64,000 bases of DNA from Patescibacteria group bacterium (GTDB lineage Bacteria > Patescibacteriota > Microgenomatia > UBA10105 > UBA927), in the NCBI GenBank assembly GCA_035510735.1, contig DATKGN010000013.1:596-64595 (forward strand). The letters run 5' to 3'. Position numbers and translations under genes: made by a program. The notes below the pieces were generated by a model, which worked only from the letters and a program-made list of their open reading frames with translations, was not told where the DNA came from and made no database searches. Shown piece by piece: positions 57,968-64,000 of this stretch; position 1 is the first letter of the stretch; each line of letters opens with the position of its first letter.

Positions 57968-58749
57968 GTCGTATTTCGTAAGGATAACCCTTTTATGTAG
58001 GCAAGCGGAAAGTGGAAAGCGGAATATAGAGAAAATTCAAAACCTGTTAAACCATCAATAAACCCTTTATGCCGGAGAAATATTGAAAAAAAAGTTGAAA
58101 TAGGCTTTATAAAAAAATATGTAACGACCTGCATCGGGTGTGAATATGTGTGATTTTTTACCAATTCCTGTGCAGTCAGTTTGATGTACGTATCGGCTTT
58201 TTTCCAATAGTCAGCCCGCGTCATGTAAGAATAATGAAGCATTGGGTGAATAATGTAGCCGACTTTCCCGTCAACAGCTATTTGCTCGTGGACGCTTTTA
58301 CATGGAAATGAAGCTTTCCCCCGCCGTACGAGACGCATAACATAATCTGGATATTGACCGCCTTTCTTCATTACATGACCCCAAAAATAATTCTTCCTCG
58401 GTATGAAATATCCGTTCGTACCTCCATTTTCTTTCTTATTCGTTATGGAAAGAATTTCCTCTCGAAGATTATCCGGGATCACTTCATCCGCATCTAATTG
58501 CAAGATCCATTCACCTTTGCAGGCCACAAGCGCCTTCTGTTTATTGATATGAAATATAGACGGATTATTTGTCTCAATGATATGGGCTCCGAACGTCTTA
58601 GCAATTGAGACCGTTTTATCTGTCGACCTCCCGTCAACCAACATGACTTCATCGGTAAATGATGCGACTGATTGTAAACACCGTGCAATATTTTTCTCTT
58701 CGTTATATGTCGCAATCGCAATGGAAAGAGTTATATTTTTTTCCGCCAT
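57964..58749 (-). CDS. glycosyltransferase family 2 (LPS-core-type small GT2)
   Basis: Motifs include LSIAIATYNEEKNIARCLQSV, VMLVDGRSTDKT and WILQLDADEVI (DxD). Confidence 0.75.
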   Translation of the reverse strand: MAEKNITLSIAIATYNEEKNIARCLQSVASFTDEVMLVDGRSTDKTVSIAKTFGAHIIETNNPSIFHINKQKALVACKGEWILQLDADEVIPDNLREEILSITNKKENGGTNGYFIPRKNYFWGHVMKKGGQYPDYVMRLVRRGKASFPCKSVHEQIAVDGKVGYIIHPMLHYSYMTRADYWKKADTYIKLTAQELVKNHTYSHPMQVVTYFFIKPISTFFSIFLRHKGFIDGLTGFEFSLYSAFHFPLAYIKGLSLRNTT

Positions 58750-60377
58750 ATTGTTTCGCCCAGTCCGGCAATAACGGTTAAACTCAACAGTACGCTAATA
58801 CTCATGTAATTCGCTATTTTTCGCAATTTCGTATCGGTAAAAATAATACTCACGGTGTGGTCGCCGCTTGCAATATGAAACGTTATAAGTCCGCGATACT
58901 CCGGATCCTGGAATTGCATATCTGTTTTCACCCCATCAACATAAACATTCCATCCCGGAAAATAGAGTGTATTTTCAACAAGGCGGGCGGATGTTGGTAC
59001 CGAAACCTGATAAATGTGCTTCGTGGTCGTCCGTGAAATGGGTTTAATGGTGGCTACTCCCGAGATGACCCCGATCGGATCGTTCGGCCGATGCTCCATA
59101 AACCGAACGGACCATATGGGGCTGCTCTCACCGGTATCGGTGGTCGAATTATAAATACCGGAATAATATGATTCCGGTTTTACCGAGTAGGCTTTCGGTT
59201 TCCACATCGTATAGCTTAAAACTACCGTAAGAATACAAAACCCCGCGATCACATACATCTCGTATCGCTTAAGGTGATTACAGAACGCATCGATCCCTAT
59301 GCCACCGAGTATCGAAACGGAAAACACGGAAACAGACAAGAAGCGCCACGGGAACTGAAATTTTTGAAGTAGTGTGATCTGATCCCAAATGAATGCTGAC
59401 TGGGCGGTCATGATAAACAGAGAAATGACAAAGACGGCAACCGCAGCTGAAACAAACCAAACGAATGCCTTTGTTTGCTTTCTTGTCACTGCCCATATGG
59501 CCGCCAGTACGCCAATCCACCCGGTAAATCCTATCGATTTGGACAATTCATCGCTGGTTCCGTAACTCCAACCTGAAAAAATAAATTTTATCCACGGCAC
59601 AAAGCGGTCAGAAACCCCACCGGCAGTCACGATATCACGGAGTGTATATTTCCCCTCAAATTCCGCCGGAATCCAGAAAAATGCCGATAATCCAAATCCG
59701 CAAAAAAACGCTACAAGACTAGAAAAAAGAAAAACGTTGTCCTTCTTTGTGACGAAAAAATAAAGATAGATAATATACAAAAGAATGATCGGCATAAACA
59801 TGATGGATATTGCGTTATGTGAAAGAATAAGCGCAGCGACTGTGAGAGAAACCCCGATCGCATACCATACCTTTTTATTCAGAGCAGCTCTGTTATGGGC
59901 AAGGCAAAATAATAAATAGAGAACGAGAGGCGGAAAAACGAATGCAATGTGTTCACCGATTGCTCCGCGGACTGCCATATCAACGAATCGATACGGTGCA
60001 AACGCATATAAAACCGCAGCTATTACCCCGACCCTCTTATTGAAAGCAGCCGCAGCCCAAAGATACATCATAAGTGCACTTGCGATATACGCCACGACGA
60101 ATACCAATTTCGTCGCATCAACAAAAGAAAATCCAAAGGCATGAAAGAGCGATGCAACATATGACGGCAACGGATACAAAAACATGAGAATCGGATGACC
60201 GTAGCCCCAATTGAGATTCGCCGCCCAGCGAGGTACGAGGTTCCCTTCAGACAGAGACTGGTAAAAATTTGCGATCCGAGCCACATGATCCGGCCCGTCA
60301 TGGGTCACCGGAAGACCGGGAACTAAAAAATACAGGAGAGGCAATATGCAAAGACTTACAATAATTATCCAATTCAT
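58731..60377 (-). CDS. polytopic membrane protein, family B (paralog 2 of 2); candidate GT-C-like transferase
   Basis: The product is 548 aa. The N-terminal loop motif PVTHDGPDHVARIANFYQSLSEGNLVPRWAANLNWGYGHPILMFLYP matches the 53564..55192 product. Confidence 0.5.
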   Translation of the reverse strand: MNWIIIVSLCILPLLYFLVPGLPVTHDGPDHVARIANFYQSLSEGNLVPRWAANLNWGYGHPILMFLYPLPSYVASLFHAFGFSFVDATKLVFVVAYIASALMMYLWAAAAFNKRVGVIAAVLYAFAPYRFVDMAVRGAIGEHIAFVFPPLVLYLLFCLAHNRAALNKKVWYAIGVSLTVAALILSHNAISIMFMPIILLYIIYLYFFVTKKDNVFLFSSLVAFFCGFGLSAFFWIPAEFEGKYTLRDIVTAGGVSDRFVPWIKFIFSGWSYGTSDELSKSIGFTGWIGVLAAIWAVTRKQTKAFVWFVSAAVAVFVISLFIMTAQSAFIWDQITLLQKFQFPWRFLSVSVFSVSILGGIGIDAFCNHLKRYEMYVIAGFCILTVVLSYTMWKPKAYSVKPESYYSGIYNSTTDTGESSPIWSVRFMEHRPNDPIGVISGVATIKPISRTTTKHIYQVSVPTSARLVENTLYFPGWNVYVDGVKTDMQFQDPEYRGLITFHIASGDHTVSIIFTDTKLRKIANYMSISVLLSLTVIAGLGETIWRKKI

Positions 60378-60383
60378 ACGTAA

Positions 60384-62030
60384 TTAATGATCTGTAATGT
60401 GAATGGCATCCGTTCCGTCAAGATATTTGATTGTATCAAGCGTGCCCGCTGGAATTTCTTTCGGCGTGCCGATATACAAGGTTTTTCCGTCTTTCACTTC
60501 ACGGCCCCAGTCAATAGGTCGAAAATCGTAAATATCGAAATGATTTTTCACTTCAGCGAAACCACCCGAAGCGGTCCCACCACCCTTTAAGTAGGCAACC
60601 GGATCATATTTCGTATAAAAAAGGAAAAACATGTGCGGCTGTTCAAGCTTTGTAGAAACAACAATTTTTGTATATTGATTTCTATGCACCCGTGCGTACT
60701 CAACCGCCTGTTTATATCCGTACTGCCAGTACTCCGAAAACTCATGATCCATATGGACGTAATACATATCAAGATAATAGGCGAGATTAAATATCGCTAC
60801 TCCAACCAGCACGATAATCCAAATACGGCGAAAACGAGATCCACTCTTAACCCACAACAGAAAAGAAATCAAACCGAATGCGGTGAACAGTTGAAAAACG
60901 GGAAGAAAAACTAACGTCCGTATGGCGTGGGGCAGCTCGGTTGTCACTGATGCTGCAACCGGTGCGATAAGAAACCAAGAGAAGAGAAGGATACTCAGTT
61001 TTCCCCCGCGCTTCCACACTGCCACCATGCCCCACAAAAGAAACGGCAGCTCCCAGAGGTACAATAATCCCATATCTGGCGCATGATGCCGCGGATTATC
61101 ACCGTTTAAGAAAAGCCATTGAAAAGAATAGTGAGATATGTACCCATCAAATATGGTCTTCGCCCAAACAAGCCGCCGGTTGTCAAATAGGACTCCCAAT
61201 TTATTACCCGCTTCAAGATCATCTTCCAGAAGCTGAGTACTCCGTGCGAGTAAACCTGTCTGATCGGATAAAGAACTGGTGCCTTTGAGGCGCATAAGCG
61301 CCGTGGGATTTAACGATACGATAATGAGAGGCAGTACGGTCAATAAACCGATCACAAAAGCCACAATAACGCTACGCGAACGGCTGATAAACTCCTTCCA
61401 CGTTAATGCAACGATGATGAGAAATATGAGCGGCGCAAAAACCCGTTCACTATGATATGCATAAAGAGACAATCCGAACAAAAATGCGCTCAAAGCCAAC
61501 CACCACGCTGATTTTCGCCCCCGGAATAGTGCATAGGCGCCCCAAATATTTAAAGTGACGCCGGTATTCGCTTCAAAGGCTATCCGGGAGAACTGGATGT
61601 GCCACGGCGATATTGCAAGTAAAAATGCAGCAAAAAGTGGTATGAACGATTCCCTGTGATCACTTTTTTCGCGCCGATCAAGCAAAATGAGTTCCTGCGT
61701 GAGGAAATACACGCCTAAAACAGCAAACAACCCCATAATCGCCGACGGGAGCCGAACGGCCCACACAGTAAGCCCGAAAACAGCAACAGACGGGATTGTC
61801 AGATAGACGTAAAGCGGTGGCTTATAATCATCATAGGATCGAAGCGATAAGGGCAGCTTCGTTCCGTACTCATCCCTGCCGGTTTTCAGAATTGAATACG
61901 CATTGTACCCAAGGGCAACTTCGTCCCAATCAGGGCTTACCGGAACCTTCCCGAGCTGCCAAAACCGCAGAACCCCTGCGATGAGCATTATAAAGATAAG
62001 TAACAATACTTTTTTGGAAAGTATATTCAT
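60384..62030 (-). CDS. GT-C fold membrane glycosyltransferase, ArnT/PMT-like (tandem copy 1)
   Basis: The product is 548 aa. Motifs include VSPDWDEVALGYNAYSILKTGRDEYGTKLPL, YDDYKPPLYVY and RLPSAIMG. Confidence 0.65.
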   Translation of the reverse strand: MNILSKKVLLLIFIMLIAGVLRFWQLGKVPVSPDWDEVALGYNAYSILKTGRDEYGTKLPLSLRSYDDYKPPLYVYLTIPSVAVFGLTVWAVRLPSAIMGLFAVLGVYFLTQELILLDRREKSDHRESFIPLFAAFLLAISPWHIQFSRIAFEANTGVTLNIWGAYALFRGRKSAWWLALSAFLFGLSLYAYHSERVFAPLIFLIIVALTWKEFISRSRSVIVAFVIGLLTVLPLIIVSLNPTALMRLKGTSSLSDQTGLLARSTQLLEDDLEAGNKLGVLFDNRRLVWAKTIFDGYISHYSFQWLFLNGDNPRHHAPDMGLLYLWELPFLLWGMVAVWKRGGKLSILLFSWFLIAPVAASVTTELPHAIRTLVFLPVFQLFTAFGLISFLLWVKSGSRFRRIWIIVLVGVAIFNLAYYLDMYYVHMDHEFSEYWQYGYKQAVEYARVHRNQYTKIVVSTKLEQPHMFFLFYTKYDPVAYLKGGGTASGGFAEVKNHFDIYDFRPIDWGREVKDGKTLYIGTPKEIPAGTLDTIKYLDGTDAIHITDH

Positions 62031-63727
62031 ATATCAAAAATTACTAACTGGTGATACCCGTCAAGAGCATTAACCGTTTTAAGGATATGCGCACCCTTGG
62101 GTACCCAACCGGGATCGGCAATATATAACGCTTTCGGATTTAATGCTCCCGGCGGCATCGCAGTAATAAATCGGTATGTATCAAAACCGTACACGTGGTA
62201 AAACCCGGCGGCATCAAACGAGGATTTTTTAATTGTTAAAAAAGTATTCGGATCATACGTTGTATAAAATAATGTGTACATATACGCCCGGCCGATGGTT
62301 TCAGATATATAAATCGTGTCGTATTTATTCTTCACGGACTGAGCATACCGAATTGCCTCACGATACCCATACTGCCATTCACCCGAATACAGTTTCGCGT
62401 AATGCGCATAATAATAAAAAAGGTAATACGATATGCTAAACACATAAAATAGTATAAGAACACAATATATACCTTTCTGAATAACCCGTGTAGATAATTT
62501 TCCTTTCCCCAGTTTCTGAGCCCAAGAACATATGGTGTATATGCCAAATGCGATAAAAATCTGCCACGTGGGCAAGGTATCAAGTATCCGTAGTGCATGA
62601 GGAGTTTCACGTGCGGTTGCTGCAGGAACAATTGCAAGGGTAAGCCATAGGATCAAAAACCAACCAATCTGAGGATACGTTGCAAACAGCGACACAAAAC
62701 CGACAAGAAGAAGCGGTGCATCTATCGCGTATAATTGTCCCACATCCTGAATCGAAAACTTCGGATTTCCGTCCCCCCTGATAAAGAGGAACCAGGGCTG
62801 CAGATTGTCCGTATAATGCCGGAGAAAATCCAATGCGTATCCCATCCGGCGGTTGTGAAGAATTTTTGCAAGTAGTGAATTATGCTCGTATGTGATCCGT
62901 GTATTTGCGGTTTCCACTACCGATAAGTCAGTAAATATATTTACCTCGTTAAACCGAATTCTTGATTCCTTTGATAAAAGATGCGGTACGATGGGCGCCA
63001 TGAGAAGAAGTGCCAATATAGCCCCGATAATAAATTCTTTTTTGTGCTTCCATATGTTTTTCCAAAAAAACAGAACAAGAACTATGCCGAACATCGGTGC
63101 AAAATATCGTGAGCTGTTAAACGTATAAACAGCACCTATGAAAGGAACCCAGGCAATGTACCAATACCGCGGGGTGGTAATAGATTTAAAAACCAAATAG
63201 ATACCCAATACCACAAGTAACAGTGCAATATTTGCTTCAAATCCCGCCCGGGATAAATTAATATGCCACGGAGAAAATGCCAATAGTGCGGTTGAAAGTA
63301 TGGGCAGCCAGTTAAGAAGATGAGACAATTCCGTCTTCTGATTCTTGGCCGTAAGCAGGGAAAACAATTCAATAACCAAGTAATACGTTAATAACACGGT
63401 AAGTGTCCCTGACAGGGCCGACGGAAGCCGGACCGCTAGCTCACTTAGACCGAATACCGCCACAAATGGGACAGTCGCATATATCGCGAGGGGCGGTTTG
63501 TAATCACCGTAGGAAATGAATGTATCAAGCGGTAAAAACCGTCCGTGTTCATCTTTTCCGGTTTTAAGAATTGAATACGCATTATATCCGATTGACACTT
63601 CATCCCACGAAAGTGACGGCGGTATCGAAGTTATTTTATACGTCCGCAAAAAGAAAGCGATAACGACGATTATAAGTAACAAAACTGTTTGGATTGTCCT
63701 TTTCATATAACTAGATAAGCGCCTCAT
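62027..63727 (-). CDS. GT-C fold membrane glycosyltransferase, ArnT/PMT-like (tandem copy 2)
   Basis: The product is 566 aa. The segment PPSLSWDEVSIGYNAYSILKTGKDEHGRFLPL...YGDYKPPLAIY...RLPSALSG is clearly paralogous to 60384..62030. It has an ATGA-type overlap with that gene. Confidence 0.65.
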   Translation of the reverse strand: MRRLSSYMKRTIQTVLLLIIVVIAFFLRTYKITSIPPSLSWDEVSIGYNAYSILKTGKDEHGRFLPLDTFISYGDYKPPLAIYATVPFVAVFGLSELAVRLPSALSGTLTVLLTYYLVIELFSLLTAKNQKTELSHLLNWLPILSTALLAFSPWHINLSRAGFEANIALLLVVLGIYLVFKSITTPRYWYIAWVPFIGAVYTFNSSRYFAPMFGIVLVLFFWKNIWKHKKEFIIGAILALLLMAPIVPHLLSKESRIRFNEVNIFTDLSVVETANTRITYEHNSLLAKILHNRRMGYALDFLRHYTDNLQPWFLFIRGDGNPKFSIQDVGQLYAIDAPLLLVGFVSLFATYPQIGWFLILWLTLAIVPAATARETPHALRILDTLPTWQIFIAFGIYTICSWAQKLGKGKLSTRVIQKGIYCVLILFYVFSISYYLFYYYAHYAKLYSGEWQYGYREAIRYAQSVKNKYDTIYISETIGRAYMYTLFYTTYDPNTFLTIKKSSFDAAGFYHVYGFDTYRFITAMPPGALNPKALYIADPGWVPKGAHILKTVNALDGYHQLVIFDI

Positions 63728-64000
63728 CCCAATACTTCAGTGCGCCAAGCACAAATACCATTGAAATAAATGCAACATGGCTGTTATTAAAATAACGGCT
63801 CACATACCACACGACAAAAAGTGTCGCCGCATGGACGATAATGAGCGATGACACTGTTTTTGTTTTTCCGATATACCAAATACCTGCACCGAGAGCCGGA
63901 ATGCCCAACAGAACCTGCCAGATTACAAATGGATAATTATCATGAATCGTCCTAATCACACCGCCGCCAACTAATAACATGCCTAAACCGTATCCAGATA
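63711..64000 (-). CDS. small hydrophobic membrane protein, partial (frame open to window end); possibly a GtrA/DUF2304-like partner of the GT-C genes
   Basis: The visible product has 3 predicted TM. The reading frame continues without a stop beyond position 64000, so the true N-terminus is not in the window. Confidence 0.3.
   Translation of the reverse strand, partial: SGYGLGMLLVGGGVIRTIHDNYPFVIWQVLLGIPALGAGIWYIGKTKTVSSLIIVHAATLFVVWYVSRYFNNSHVAFISMVFVLGALKYWDEALI

Noticed and set aside
1-64000. CRISPR arrays, rRNA/tRNA genes, transposases or integrases at the GC transition points
   Set aside because: No regularly spaced direct repeats, no rRNA- or tRNA-like conserved blocks, and no DDE, tyrosine or serine recombinase motifs were seen in any ORF. 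The compositional island therefore has no visible mobility gene in this window.

Overview
This is a bacterial window, shown by a T-box leader, recO, and a class-II alpha2-type glycyl-tRNA synthetase. The lineage is not resolvable from sequence alone. The DUF4012 protein, the alpha2 GlyRS and the GT-C-rich content are compatible with a Candidate Phyla Radiation (CPR/Patescibacteria) or Gram-positive-like organism.

The first 5 kb hold housekeeping genes in the Bacillus-like order recO, then a glycine T-box leader, then glyQS. The leader has a clean 11-bp terminator hairpin plus a U7 tract, and its T-box bulge reads UGGA, which matches the U73 discriminator of bacterial tRNA-Gly. A small membrane-anchored protein is translationally coupled downstream of glyQS.

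From about 5 kb to the window end, nearly every base is coding on the minus strand. The genes are tightly packed, often with 4-nt ATGA-type stop/start overlaps. Together they form one very large cell-envelope glycan assembly locus of more than 50 genes:
- A priming polyprenyl-phosphate phosphoglycosyltransferase and a DUF4012 protein sit at the upstream end.
- Sugar-nucleotide enzymes include GDP-mannose pyrophosphorylase, GalE, a UDP-xylose synthase (very UXS1-like), a PseB/CapD-like 4,6-dehydratase and two further short-chain dehydrogenase/reductase (SDR)-family epimerases/reductases.
- There are about 9 GT-B (mostly GT4-like) and about 11 GT2 glycosyltransferases, a hexapeptide acetyltransferase and four class-I SAM methyltransferases.
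- A Wzx-type flippase is flanked by two Dpm1-like polyprenyl-phosphate-sugar synthases.
- A WaaL/Wzy-like domain is fused to a second GT-C-like membrane module in one 1002-aa protein.
- At least 12 further large polytopic membrane proteins look like GT-C glycosyltransferases, several with DE/DEW first-loop motifs. They include a three-member paralogous family, a two-member family, and a tandem pair of ArnT/PMT-like proteins.
- The centre of the locus, roughly 20 to 45.4 kb, is markedly more AT-rich than the flanks, with no integrase or transposase at either edge. This suggests a mosaic, possibly horizontally acquired, diversification cassette.
- Only one large gene is on the plus strand, at 30509..31657. 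It is a paralog of a minus-strand GT-B 9 kb away.

No rRNA, tRNA, CRISPR array or mobile-element genes were recognised. All functional calls come from reading motifs in the translated ORFs. No database searches were run.
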